The position numbers and the translations under genes were made by a program. Positions 16,683 to 26,500 of a stretch of 64,000 bases of DNA are shown in pieces (position 1 is the stretch's first letter; each line of letters starts with the position of its first letter). Below the pieces are notes generated by a model. It made no database searches and had not been told where the DNA came from. It saw nothing but the letters and a program-made list of their open reading frames with translations. Source of the DNA: Phycisphaerales bacterium (GTDB lineage Bacteria; Planctomycetota; Phycisphaerae; Phycisphaerales; UBA1924); contig JBJXFQ010000011.1 in the NCBI GenBank assembly GCA_046155605.1, positions 6,842 through 70,841 of the forward strand, written 5' to 3'.

Positions 16683-16964
16683 TTATTCCGCGCCGCCGCG
16701 CTGGACCTTGCCCTGCCGCTCGAGTTCTTTGGTCTTCGCCTCCATCTTCTGGAGGTCGGCCTGCTGCTCGGCGGTCAACGCTGGAGGCGGCTTGGCCGTG
16801 GCGGACTCGAACAGCCCGTTGTACCACGCGAAGACCACGCCCGCGACGACCAGCAGCACGATGGCGACCGCGAGTTTCGCCCCGTTGTTGCCGCCGCCGG
16901 ACTGCTTCTTCTGCTTCGTCCCGATGTTGTCAAATCCACGACCATCAGTCAGCGAACCGGCCAT
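16683..16964 (-). CDS. Small single-pass membrane protein, hypothetical
   Basis: 93-aa ORF with one clear TM segment (LAVAIVLLVVAGVVFAW) and a charged C-terminal helix. It lies immediately downstream of the co-oriented ABC-2 permease gene. Confidence 0.45.
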   Translation of the reverse strand: MAGSLTDGRGFDNIGTKQKKQSGGGNNGAKLAVAIVLLVVAGVVFAWYNGLFESATAKPPPALTAEQQADLQKMEAKTKELERQGKVQRGGAE

Positions 16965-17021
16965 GAGATACTCCCGAAACTGTGCGAGCAGAGTGCCCGC
17001 CTGGAAAATGATAGGGCGCGA

Positions 17022-18374
17022 TCAGCCCACGTCGCGCGTCTGGAACAAAACCACCCCGAGCGACAGGAACGCGACGATGTAGCCCAGCCCGTAGAGCGAG
17101 ACTTTCAGCATGTGTGACGCCGGAACGGGCTGATTCTGCGAGATCGCGTCGACGAACCAGAAATCGTGGAAGTTCGGCAGCACGGCCCAGGCGACGAGGG
17201 CCGGGACATTGGCTCGCGTGGGCGCGAGGAAGACATAATCGTCCGCGGCGGGGGCGCGATCAACGCGAAGGGCCGTCGGGCCGGCACGCCGAACCGTCAC
17301 ACCCTCGGGCTGCACCTCGGTGATCACCAGCCCGGCATCCGGCGAGCCCAGGATCGCGCCGTCTTTGCTTAGGTCACCCCCGAAAGGCGGAAAGTTCTCG
17401 ACGGCCATCGGGAAACCGTTGGGCGCCGATGAGAAATAAAAGGCGTCTCCAACGTGGATCGTCCGCTTGGGCGGCACGCGAAACGCGACCGCGTAGGTGT
17501 CGCCCGCCGTCGTCAGTGGCGTCTTCGTGTCGCCCATGGCCGTCGCTGACTTCACCCGCGCGACGTGCTCGTTGGTGAAGACGTGGCGACCCAGGGCCTG
17601 ATTGGTCAGCAGGCCGAACAGGAAACTCCCAGCGCAGACCACGATCGTCATTACCTGCCCCAGCCGGGTCGAGACGGCCGTGGCCAGCGACGTGAGCACC
17701 AGCAGGGCGATCCCCACCGCCGTGCAGGCAAACACGATCTGCGGCTTGAGGTCGACCACGGGCGACTGCCACTCCCACTTCTTATTGAGCACCAGCACCA
17801 ACCCGTAGGCGACGATCATCGCCGGCAGCAGGATCACCATGCTCGTCTGCGTGAAGTACCACCCGTAGAAGAAGTTGGTCCAGAGCGCGAGGCCCAGCGC
17901 GATCGCCACGGCGATGAACGTAAAGAGCAGCACCGGCCCGTCGAGGTCGTCGCTGGCGTTGCTCATCACCCCGTGCCGGACGGCTAGGAGCAGAAAGATG
18001 ACCATGAGCCCAATGGCGATGCCGATCGAACCCGCCACGCCGATGTATTTGCCGACGATGAGCACGGGCCTCGGGATCGGCTTGGAGACGACGGTGAGCA
18101 CGGTTTTGTTCTCGATCTCGCGCGAGACGACGGCGGTAGCCAGGAACGCCGACAGCAGCATCCCGCAGACGAAGACCGACGAGAGGCCGAGGTCGAGCAG
18201 GAGTTTGTTGTCGGCGGAGACCTCGGAGGTGTCGGAGTACCCCATCGAGAATCCGGTGCTCCAGGTCAGGAAGACCTGGATAATGCCGCACACCAGCACG
18301 AGCACGAAAAAGATGGGCTGGCGGATGCTCTCGACGAAGGCGTTGCGGGCGATGGTGAGGGTTTGTGAGAGCAT
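17022..18374 (-). CDS. ABC-2 family (NosY/COG1277-like) transporter permease with a large extracytoplasmic insert
   Basis: 450-aa polytopic ORF. The block SREIENKTVLTVVSKPIPRPVLIVGKYIG is typical of NosY-like ABC-2 permeases. Confidence 0.7.
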   Translation of the reverse strand: MLSQTLTIARNAFVESIRQPIFFVLVLVCGIIQVFLTWSTGFSMGYSDTSEVSADNKLLLDLGLSSVFVCGMLLSAFLATAVVSREIENKTVLTVVSKPIPRPVLIVGKYIGVAGSIGIAIGLMVIFLLLAVRHGVMSNASDDLDGPVLLFTFIAVAIALGLALWTNFFYGWYFTQTSMVILLPAMIVAYGLVLVLNKKWEWQSPVVDLKPQIVFACTAVGIALLVLTSLATAVSTRLGQVMTIVVCAGSFLFGLLTNQALGRHVFTNEHVARVKSATAMGDTKTPLTTAGDTYAVAFRVPPKRTIHVGDAFYFSSAPNGFPMAVENFPPFGGDLSKDGAILGSPDAGLVITEVQPEGVTVRRAGPTALRVDRAPAADDYVFLAPTRANVPALVAWAVLPNFHDFWFVDAISQNQPVPASHMLKVSLYGLGYIVAFLSLGVVLFQTRDVG

Positions 18375-18647
18375 GGGTGTTCGGTGAGAGGCAGGGTCGG
18401 GCCGGAGCCGGGACGGAAAGAGGGAATGGGAACAGCAAGAAAGAGGTTTGCGGCGAAAGATTTTTTCCTGGCCGCTACGAACATACTCGCCCCGGCCTCG
18501 TACTTCAACGTTGAGCCCGTGCTCCCGGTTCGCGCCGAATCGGGACGATCGTCGGTCTGGCGTTCGTCGGCGGGCAAAGCGGAAGAGGGAAGGGAGCGGT
18601 CTGGACAGACCAGACCGGCGCGGTCACAATAGTGCCCCCGCGGCCTG

Positions 18648-20741
18648 ATGGCCTCGGCAGGTGGAGCGCGGATGAAGCCCGACTATCTCAGTTACCAGCG
18701 TGCAGCAAGCCGAAGCCTCCTTGGACTATCGATCCAGATCGTCCTGGGTGTGATCGTGTTGGTCTACGGCGTGCTGGGCCGGGACCACGCGGCCATCACC
18801 GCGGCGTTGTTCATGCTCATCGGCGTGCCGATCTGGCTGACGCTCGCGGTCGTCTTCGACCAGCACCGCCGCGAGCGGATCGAGGCCGTCGAGGCCGAGG
18901 CCTTTGCGGCGTCCGATGCGGCGAGTTCCTCGGTCTTTGAGGATCGCGCGGACGAGTTGCGCGTCGCCGCCAAGCGGCTGCGGTTCATGCACAGGTGGCT
19001 CGTGCCCTCCGCGAGCCTGGTGGTCGGCGTGCTGATGGTCGGCGTCGGGCTCTGGCGGTTTGGGGCCGGTCGGGCGCTCATAGAGAACTTCCAGGCTCCG
19101 CGCCTTCGCGGCTGGTCTATCGCCATCGGGCTGGGCGTGGCGTTCGTCGGGTTCCTCTTCGCCCGCTACATGTCGGGCATGGCCAAGCAGAAGGCGTGGT
19201 CGAGCCTTCGAGCCGGAGCGGCTCATGCCGTCGGCACCGCGCTCGCCGGGCTAGCCATGGCCGTGGGCCAACTCGTCGATGTCGCCGGGCCAGATGTGAT
19301 CCTCAAGACGCTGCTTGTGGTCTTCCCCGTGGCGATGGGCGCGCTGGGGGCCGAGGTCTTCCTCAACTTCATCCTCGACGTCTATCGCCCGCGCAAGGCC
19401 GGCGAATATCCAAGGCCCGCCTTCGAGTCCCGCGTGCTGGGCTTTGTCGCCGCGCCGGACCGTATCGCCGAATCCATCGGCGAGGCGATCAACTACCAGT
19501 TCGGCTACGACGTCTCGTCGAGTTGGTTCTACAAACTGTTCAGCCGCGTTTTCCTGCGTCTGCTCGTTCCCGTCGCGCTCGTGGTCATGTGGAGCATGTC
19601 GTCGCTGGCGGTGATCCGTCCGCATGAGCGCGGGCTCGTGCTCCGCTGGGGTGCCTTCAGCCGCGAGGTCGGACCGGGCCTCAACTTCAAATGGCCTTGG
19701 CCGATGGAGACCGTTGAGATCCCCGCCTATGTCAAGCGCGACGCGGCGGGCAAGATCGAGATGCGCACCCGAACGGTCACGGGCGTGCGCACGCTGAACA
19801 TCGGAAGCCTCCCGCCCGCGCAGGACAAGCCGATCCTGTGGACCAACGAGCACGCGACCGAGGAGACGTTTTTCCTGGTGCAGCCCGCGCCCGAGGCGCA
19901 GGCCACCGGCGCGCTGGCGACGCTCGCCGTCGAGGTGCCGCTGCAGTACGAGATCGCGGACGTTCGGGCGTACGAGGAGATGGCCCCGCCGGCGATGCGC
20001 GATGACATCCTGAAATCGGTGGCGCAGCGCGCCTTGATGCTGTATCTGTCGTCGGTGCCCATCGGGGACCTGCTCTCGGGCCAGCGCGCCGACCTGCAGG
20101 CCGGGCTGCGCGAAAGGATCGAGGCCGCGTTCGCTTCGCTCAACCCCGATGCCGCCGGCAAGCCCCGCGGCGCGGGCGTCCGCGTGCTCTTTGTGGGGAT
20201 CGGCGGCGTCCACCCGCCCAAGGACACGGCGCGGTCCTTCGAGCAGGTCGTCGGGTCGCAGCAGAAGTACCAGGGCCGGATCAAAAAGGCCGAGGGCGAT
20301 GCGATCCAGACGCTGACCGAGGCGGCGGGAAGCGTTGAAGTTGCCCGGCAAATCGTCGCCGAACTCGACGCGCTCGAAGCGCTCCCCCCGCTCGCCGACG
20401 GCAAGCCTAACCCCTCGCTTATCCAGCAGCGACAGGCCGTGAGCAAACTCGTCGAAAAGGCAGGCGGCAAGGCCGCGGGGATCATTCTCGAGGCCAGCGC
20501 CGATCGCTGGAAGCGACACATGGGCGAGCGATCCCGGCTCGCCGCCTACCAGGGCCAACTCGGCGCCTATCTCGCCTCGCCCGCCGTCTATCGCGCGGGG
20601 CTCTACCTCGACGCGGTGCGAGTGGCCATGGAGAACGCCCGGGTGTACATCACGGATACGTCGACGCGGATGCAACACCGCCTCGAGTTTCAGGATCGTG
20701 ACAATGTGAGTGAGGTCCTGGGCAGCCAGGATAAGCCGTAG
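18648..20741 (+). CDS. Polytopic membrane protein with C-terminal SPFH/band 7 (HflK-like) domain
   Basis: 697-aa ORF. The N-terminal ~300 aa contain several TM segments. An SPFH start block follows: LAVIRPHERGLVLRWGAFSREVGPGLNFKWPWPMETVE. An alternative start is MKPDYL at 18672. Confidence 0.7.
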   Translation: MASAGGARMKPDYLSYQRAASRSLLGLSIQIVLGVIVLVYGVLGRDHAAITAALFMLIGVPIWLTLAVVFDQHRRERIEAVEAEAFAASDAASSSVFEDRADELRVAAKRLRFMHRWLVPSASLVVGVLMVGVGLWRFGAGRALIENFQAPRLRGWSIAIGLGVAFVGFLFARYMSGMAKQKAWSSLRAGAAHAVGTALAGLAMAVGQLVDVAGPDVILKTLLVVFPVAMGALGAEVFLNFILDVYRPRKAGEYPRPAFESRVLGFVAAPDRIAESIGEAINYQFGYDVSSSWFYKLFSRVFLRLLVPVALVVMWSMSSLAVIRPHERGLVLRWGAFSREVGPGLNFKWPWPMETVEIPAYVKRDAAGKIEMRTRTVTGVRTLNIGSLPPAQDKPILWTNEHATEETFFLVQPAPEAQATGALATLAVEVPLQYEIADVRAYEEMAPPAMRDDILKSVAQRALMLYLSSVPIGDLLSGQRADLQAGLRERIEAAFASLNPDAAGKPRGAGVRVLFVGIGGVHPPKDTARSFEQVVGSQQKYQGRIKKAEGDAIQTLTEAAGSVEVARQIVAELDALEALPPLADGKPNPSLIQQRQAVSKLVEKAGGKAAGIILEASADRWKRHMGERSRLAAYQGQLGAYLASPAVYRAGLYLDAVRVAMENARVYITDTSTRMQHRLEFQDRDNVSEVLGSQDKP

Positions 20742-20754
20742 GAGCCGACCCAAG

Positions 20755-21879
20755 ATGCGACGAGCCATCATTCTGGCGGTAAGCCTGGTCTTTGCGATCG
20801 CCATCCTGGCGAGATGGATGACCTACACCGTCCGCTTCACCGAGAACGCCGTGCTGACGACCTTCGGCAGCGCGGGGCCGGAAGCCAAAAAGGACACGCC
20901 GGGCCTGCGCCTCAAATGGCCCGACCCGATCCAAAGCGTCACCAAGTACGACACACGCTCGCGGTTCCTCCAGACCAAGTCGGAGACGCAGCAGACCGCC
21001 GACAGCCGCCAGTTGGTCGTCGAGGCCTACTGCGCGTACAAGGTCGCCGATCCGCTGCGGTTCTTCCAGCGCTTCAGCAACGAGGGTCCGACCGCCGCCG
21101 ATCACTTCCGCAAGGCCGAGGACGTGCTGCGCGGCGCCCTTCGTGCCGCGATGGCGGAGATCAGCAAGTATCGCATGACGGACCTCTTCTCCTCGAAGGC
21201 GGGTGCCTCCAAACTGCCCGAACTCGAGGCCCGCGTGCTCGCCACGCTCCGCGCATCGGGCGGCGGGGGCAACGGGCTCGACGCCTGGGGCATCGTCGTC
21301 GAGGACGTCGGCATCAACCGCATCGTCATGCCCGAGGAGACCACCCGCGAGGTCTTCGCCAGCATGAAGGAAGACCGCAGCCGCCTCATCAAGGAACTCG
21401 AGAGCAAGGGCGAGAGCCAGGCTCAGACCATCGTCAATACCGCCCGCACCAACGCGATCCGCATCGAGGAGTTTGCCAAGAGTTACGCCTCCGAAATTCG
21501 GCGCAAGGGCGACGAAGAGGCCCAGCAGTACGTCAAGCAGATGAACGAGAACCCGGAGTTGGCCGTGTTCCTGCGAAACGTCGAGTTCATCCGCCAATCA
21601 TGGTCGAAGCGCATGACGCTGGTGCTGAACACCGGCATGCCCGGCTTCGAACTCTTCTCGCCCTCCGCCATCCGCCGCGCCGCCCCGGGCCAGGTTCCCG
21701 GCGTTGACGGCCTCATGGGGGTCGCTTCCGAGGAGCAAGAACTCAAACGCAGCGAGAACCAGCGCCGCCTCGAGCAGGAGCAGGAGCGCCTCAAGACCCG
21801 CACCGGCGACGAAGAACCCGCACCAGGCAAATCTGGCACCGCCCAGCCCCCCACGCGCACGCCAGGAGCCGGACAGTGA
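20755..21879 (+). CDS. SPFH/band 7 domain protein (HflC-like)
   Basis: The ATG at 20755 is preceded by taggag. It has an N-terminal TM (IILAVSLVFAIAILA) and the block YTVRFTENAVLTTFG...PGLRLKWPDPIQSV. The C-terminus is a charged coiled region. Confidence 0.75.
   Translation: MRRAIILAVSLVFAIAILARWMTYTVRFTENAVLTTFGSAGPEAKKDTPGLRLKWPDPIQSVTKYDTRSRFLQTKSETQQTADSRQLVVEAYCAYKVADPLRFFQRFSNEGPTAADHFRKAEDVLRGALRAAMAEISKYRMTDLFSSKAGASKLPELEARVLATLRASGGGGNGLDAWGIVVEDVGINRIVMPEETTREVFASMKEDRSRLIKELESKGESQAQTIVNTARTNAIRIEEFAKSYASEIRRKGDEEAQQYVKQMNENPELAVFLRNVEFIRQSWSKRMTLVLNTGMPGFELFSPSAIRRAAPGQVPGVDGLMGVASEEQELKRSENQRRLEQEQERLKTRTGDEEPAPGKSGTAQPPTRTPGAGQ
21739..21810. repeat. 72-nt dispersed repeat, copy 1 (3' end of the second SPFH gene)
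   Basis: 69 of 72 nt are identical to 23202-23273. It encodes ELKRSENQRRLEQEQERLKTRTGD. Confidence 0.9.
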
Positions 21880-23294
21880 CGCCGCCCGAAGGGCCGGGCC
21901 GAGGACCAGGCCGCGGGGCCGGCTCAAAGCGAGACGCCTCGGTCAATCTGCGCACGCCGGGCGGCGGGGACGAGATGCCGGGGCTTGATCCGGCGAATCA
22001 GTCGCTCGCCGACGCGCTCCGACTCGTCTTCGTTCTCCTCCAGTTCTCCATGCTCGTCCTCTTCGCGCTCTTCGCGTTCTCCGGGTTCCAAACCGTCCGC
22101 GAGACCGAGAGCGGCGTCCGCCTCCTCTTCGGCCGCGTCACCGGCGAACGCCTCGACCCCGGCCCGCACCTCTCCTTCCCTTACCCCATGGGCGAACTCA
22201 TCCGTGTCGACACAGGGCTCGTCGCCCTCGAGGTCGATGAGGCTTTCTGGCCCGCCATCACCGAGGACCAGAAGCGGCTCACGCTCCAGCAGGTCATCCA
22301 ACAGAACAACAAACTCTCGCTCAAGCCCGGCGAGGACGGATCGCTCATCACCGGTGACGAGGCCATCGCCCACGCCAAGTGGCGCGTGCAATACGTCCGC
22401 CGCGATCCGCGCAAGTTCGTCCAGAACGTGCTCCCCGAGGCCGAACTCGACATCGTCCGCGCCGCCGTCGAGCGTGGCGTGGTCCAGGCCGTTGCGCAGA
22501 TTCCCCTTGACGATCTCCTGAAGCAATCGCCGGGCGAGACGGGCTCGGTGGCGTCGCGAGCGCGGGCGATCGCGCAGCAGTCGCTCGACCGCATCGACTC
22601 GGGCATCTCGATCGAGGGTCTGACGCTGCTCGACCGCACGCCTCCGTTCTTTGTCTACGCCGATTTCTCCGGCGTGCAATCGGCTCAGCAGAAGGCCAGC
22701 CAGCGACTGACCGACGCCGAATCGACGGCCCGCAACACGCTCAACGCCATGGCCGGCGATGCCAGCATTCCGCTGATCGCCCAGATCGACCGCTACGAGA
22801 CGGCGCTCGCGACCAACGACGCGGCCGCGCAAACCCAGGCGATGGACGCGATCCAGGCGCTCTTCGAGGGTCGCCCCACCAGCACCTCGGGCGAGCCTCT
22901 CGCCACCGGCGCCTCGGGCACCGTCACCGCGATCACCAACGAGGCCCGGCAGTACCGATCCAGCGTCGTCTCGCAGCGACGGGCGGAACTCGACTCGTTC
23001 CACGCCAAACTGGCGCAGTTCAAGTCCAACCCTGGGCTGGTGATCCAGCGCGAATGGGCCGACGCCATGGCCGAGTTCCTCTCCCGCGACATCGTCGAGG
23101 TCTTTGCGCTACCGCCCGGCCGCGCCGACGACATCACCGAGTTGTGGCTCAACCGCGACCCGGCGTGGGTCAAGGCAGTCGAATCCGCCCGCAAGGAGCG
23201 CGAACTTAAGCGCAGCGAGAACCAGCGCCGCCTCGAGCAGGAGCAGGAGCGCTTCAAGACCCGCACCGGCGACGTCGAACTGAAGGACCGGTAG
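21876..23294 (+). CDS. SPFH/band 7 domain protein (third paralog)
   Basis: The GTG at 21876 overlaps the upstream stop (GTGA); an alternative ATG is at 21975. It has a TM segment (LVFVLLQFSMLVLFALFAF) and the block FQTVRETESGVRLLFGRV...PGPHLSFPYPMGE. Confidence 0.65.
   Translation: MTPPEGPGRGPGRGAGSKRDASVNLRTPGGGDEMPGLDPANQSLADALRLVFVLLQFSMLVLFALFAFSGFQTVRETESGVRLLFGRVTGERLDPGPHLSFPYPMGELIRVDTGLVALEVDEAFWPAITEDQKRLTLQQVIQQNNKLSLKPGEDGSLITGDEAIAHAKWRVQYVRRDPRKFVQNVLPEAELDIVRAAVERGVVQAVAQIPLDDLLKQSPGETGSVASRARAIAQQSLDRIDSGISIEGLTLLDRTPPFFVYADFSGVQSAQQKASQRLTDAESTARNTLNAMAGDASIPLIAQIDRYETALATNDAAAQTQAMDAIQALFEGRPTSTSGEPLATGASGTVTAITNEARQYRSSVVSQRRAELDSFHAKLAQFKSNPGLVIQREWADAMAEFLSRDIVEVFALPPGRADDITELWLNRDPAWVKAVESARKERELKRSENQRRLEQEQERFKTRTGDVELKDR
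23202..23273. repeat. 72-nt dispersed repeat, copy 2 (3' end of the third SPFH gene)
   Basis: 69 of 72 nt are identical to 21739-21810. It encodes ELKRSENQRRLEQEQERFKTRTGD. Confidence 0.9.
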
Positions 23295-24554
23295 ATGGCC
23301 AGCACCCGCGCATCATCAGTCGGTCGCGTCGGCGCTCGCCAGGGCACCCCGCCCGGCGCGCCCGTCGTCGCCTGCCAAGGCCTCACCAAGGTCTTCAAGG
23401 ACTTCTGGCTCCGCCAGCGCGCCCGCGCCGTCGATAATCTCACCTTCGAGATCCACCCGCACGAGATCTTCGGCCTCCTCGGTCCCAACGGCTCGGGCAA
23501 AAGCACCACCATCAAGATCATCCTCGGGCTGCTGCGCCCCACGTCCGGGCGCGTCGCCGTCTTCGGCCTCCCGCCCACCGATGTCGGCATGAAGCGCCGC
23601 ATCGGGTACCTCCCCGAGGAGTCCTATCTCTACCCCTTCCTCGACGCCCGCGAGACCCTCGAGTATTACGCCAAACTCTTCGAGATCGACCGCCGAACCC
23701 GCGAACGCCGCATCGACGAACTGCTCGACATGGTGGGCCTGACCGCCGCCCAGTTCCGCCTCGTCCGCGAATACTCCAAGGGCATGCAGCGACGCATCGG
23801 CATCGCCCAGGCCCTCATCAACGACCCCGATTTCCTCATCCTCGATGAGCCGACCACCGGCCTCGATCCCATCGGCACCCGCCAGATCAAAGACCTCATC
23901 ATCGAACTCGGCCGCCGCGGCAAGACCGTGCTCCTTTCGAGCCACCTCCTCGCCGATGTCGAGGACTGCGTGCATCGCATGGTGATCCTCTATGGCGGGC
24001 GGCAGCGTGCCGAGGGCCGCTGCGAGGACCTGCTGGTGTCTCGCAACATGACGTCGATCGAGACGGACGTTCTCGACGACGCGACGATCGCCGAGGTCGA
24101 TCGGGTCATCCGCGCGCGCACGGGCGGGGCCGTGATCCGCGTCTCCAACCCGCGCCAGTCGCTCGAGGCACTCTTCCTCGATATCGTTGAGAAGGCCCGG
24201 GCGGAGCGTGTCGAGACCTCGGGCGCGCAGGCGGGCGGCGTCACCGCTTCCTTCCTTCGTGCCAAGCCCGACGAGGGCCGCGACGTGATCGATCGCCTCT
24301 CTCGCGAGGAGGCACCGGCAGCCGCGCCCGCCGCGACGAGCGAGCCCGCGCGACAGGCCGGACCCGATGCGAGCCTCATCGATCTGCTCGCCAAGGACGA
24401 AGCACCCGCGCCACCCCCGCGTCCGGCCAGGCCGGTTGACACCTCCGAGGTCGATCGCTCCGTCATCGGCTCGCTGCTCGATAGCAGGGGTGCCGACGAT
24501 GCCAGGAGTTCCGCCGACGCGGGCAACGGGCCGCCCGTGGAGCCCAAGCGTTGA
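23295..24554 (+). CDS. ABC transporter ATP-binding protein with ~110-aa low-complexity C-terminal extension
   Basis: Motifs are Walker A GPNGSGKST, signature YSKGMQRRIGIAQAL and Walker B FLILDEPTTGLD. The ATG directly follows the upstream stop (tagATG). Confidence 0.9.
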   Translation: MASTRASSVGRVGARQGTPPGAPVVACQGLTKVFKDFWLRQRARAVDNLTFEIHPHEIFGLLGPNGSGKSTTIKIILGLLRPTSGRVAVFGLPPTDVGMKRRIGYLPEESYLYPFLDARETLEYYAKLFEIDRRTRERRIDELLDMVGLTAAQFRLVREYSKGMQRRIGIAQALINDPDFLILDEPTTGLDPIGTRQIKDLIIELGRRGKTVLLSSHLLADVEDCVHRMVILYGGRQRAEGRCEDLLVSRNMTSIETDVLDDATIAEVDRVIRARTGGAVIRVSNPRQSLEALFLDIVEKARAERVETSGAQAGGVTASFLRAKPDEGRDVIDRLSREEAPAAAPAATSEPARQAGPDASLIDLLAKDEAPAPPPRPARPVDTSEVDRSVIGSLLDSRGADDARSSADAGNGPPVEPKR

Positions 24555-26491
24555 GACCGCGAGACGTGCTGGCGCGACTGGGGCGGTGGCAGCGGTCCAA
24601 GCCGTTCAAGATCATCGCTTCCATCGTCGTTCTGGCCCTCGCCATAGCCGCCATCGGCGTCGTGATGGTCCAAGCCCAGCAGACGCCCGACTTCGATATC
24701 GCCGAGCCCGATCCCACGTCGACCCCGCTCACCCCGGAAGAGCGTGCCGAGTTCGATGCCGTCCGTGACATCGCCAAGCAGATCGCCAACGCAAGCAACG
24801 ATCCCATCAGCGTCTCGCTGGGCATCGGCATCATCGCCGTCGTCGCCATCGTCACGGTCTGGCTCGGGCTGGGCCTGACCTATCTCGCGCTAGGCATCGT
24901 CGCGTTCGGCATCGCCTGGCCCATGTCGTTGCTGGGCTGGACGGCCCTGTCGCGCCTTGTGATCGGCGTGCTCATTCTCGCCGCCGCGTTCGGCACGCTC
25001 ATGGAAGCCCTCAAGGCGCTGCTCTCGGGCGCGGGTCCCGTCCTCGCCATCGCGCGCAACATGCTCGCCGAGGCCATCCGGATGAAGGTCGCCCTCGTCT
25101 TCATCGTCGTCCTCATTCTCGGCCTCGCGTACCTCCCGGAATCGCTCTCGCTCGAATCCCCGCTCCGCTACCGCGTGCAGAGTTTCCTTCAATACGGCAC
25201 GGGCGGCTCGTTCTGGCTCATCGCCCTCCTCACCCTCTTTCTCACGATCGCCTCCGTCGCATTCGAGCAGCGCGACAAGCAGATCTGGCAGACCGCCACC
25301 AAACCCGTCTCCGCGTGGCAATACATCCTCGGCAAGTGGGTCGGCATGGTCGGGCTCAATGCCGTCCTGCTGCTCGTCTGTTGCGCCGGCGTCTTCCTCT
25401 TCACCGAGTACCTCCGCCGACAGCCCGCCCAGGGCGAGGTCTCGCGCATGATGACCGGCGCGGGCGAACTCGCGATCAGCGAGGACCGCCGCCTGCTCGA
25501 GACCCAGGTGCTCACCGCCCGCGTCACCGTCGAGCCCGCGCCGCCGTTTCTCAAGACCGACCCGGCCTTTCAGGAGGGCGTCAAGGCGTATATCGAGAAC
25601 GCCCGCAAGAGCGAGCCCACCTTCGCCGTCGATCCCGGCATGCGCGAGGTCGTCGAGTCGGACCTCTACAAGAGCGCCGTCGGAGCGGCACGCGTCGTCG
25701 AGGTCGGACAACGCGCCGCGTTTCAGTTCTACGGCCTCGAGCACGCCAAGCGCCACAGCCGCATGCTCACTCTCCGTTACAAAATCGACGCCGGAAGCAA
25801 CGAGCCCCAGACCACGTTTCGCGTCACGTTCATCTTTGGCGGCACCCGACTCCCCACGCAGGTCGTCGGCCTTGGCACCATGCAGACCCTGACCATCCCC
25901 ACTCCGCAGGTCATCGACGAGCAGGGCCACGTCGAACTCGCGGTCTTCAACGGCGAACTTGTGGACCTTGCCGACCCGCCGGGTGCCATCGCCATCCGCC
26001 CGAATGAATCGACCATGGCGTTCTCGAAGGACGGCCTTGAAATCTCCTATTCGCGAGGCAGTTTCGCCGGCAACTTCGCCCGCGTCGTCGGCGTCCTCTG
26101 GTTGAAACTGGCTTTCCTCTCGATGCTTGGGATCGCCTGCGCCACGTTCCTTTCGTTCCCCGTTGCCTGCCTGGTCGCCTTCGCGATTTTCTTCGCGGCA
26201 GAGGGTGGGTCGTTCCTCACCATGTCGCTCGAGTATTACGACGCCGCGCCGCAAGGCAAGGAGGTCGAGCCGCATCGGGTCGTGATCCGCGCGATCGGGC
26301 TGGTCGTCGCCTGGGCGCTCCGCCCCTATGCCGAACTTCAGCCCACGGCAAGGCTTGTGGACGGCAAACTGCTCGACTGGCTGAAGATCGGGTATGCGAC
26401 GGGCATGGTCGCGGCCTGGACGGCCGTGCTCTACCTCGCGGGCGTCCTGATTTTCCGCCGGCGCGAACTCGCCACCTACTCGGGGCACTAG
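24551..26491 (+). CDS. Large ABC-2 family (NosY-like) permease with extracytoplasmic domain
   Basis: 646-aa polytopic ORF. The block FEQRDKQIWQTATKPVSAWQYILGKWVG parallels the 17022-18374 permease. The TTG start overlaps the ATPase stop (TTGA), so the start is uncertain. Confidence 0.7.
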   Translation: MRPRDVLARLGRWQRSKPFKIIASIVVLALAIAAIGVVMVQAQQTPDFDIAEPDPTSTPLTPEERAEFDAVRDIAKQIANASNDPISVSLGIGIIAVVAIVTVWLGLGLTYLALGIVAFGIAWPMSLLGWTALSRLVIGVLILAAAFGTLMEALKALLSGAGPVLAIARNMLAEAIRMKVALVFIVVLILGLAYLPESLSLESPLRYRVQSFLQYGTGGSFWLIALLTLFLTIASVAFEQRDKQIWQTATKPVSAWQYILGKWVGMVGLNAVLLLVCCAGVFLFTEYLRRQPAQGEVSRMMTGAGELAISEDRRLLETQVLTARVTVEPAPPFLKTDPAFQEGVKAYIENARKSEPTFAVDPGMREVVESDLYKSAVGAARVVEVGQRAAFQFYGLEHAKRHSRMLTLRYKIDAGSNEPQTTFRVTFIFGGTRLPTQVVGLGTMQTLTIPTPQVIDEQGHVELAVFNGELVDLADPPGAIAIRPNESTMAFSKDGLEISYSRGSFAGNFARVVGVLWLKLAFLSMLGIACATFLSFPVACLVAFAIFFAAEGGSFLTMSLEYYDAAPQGKEVEPHRVVIRAIGLVVAWALRPYAELQPTARLVDGKLLDWLKIGYATGMVAAWTAVLYLAGVLIFRRRELATYSGH

Positions 26492-26500
26492 GAACAACGG

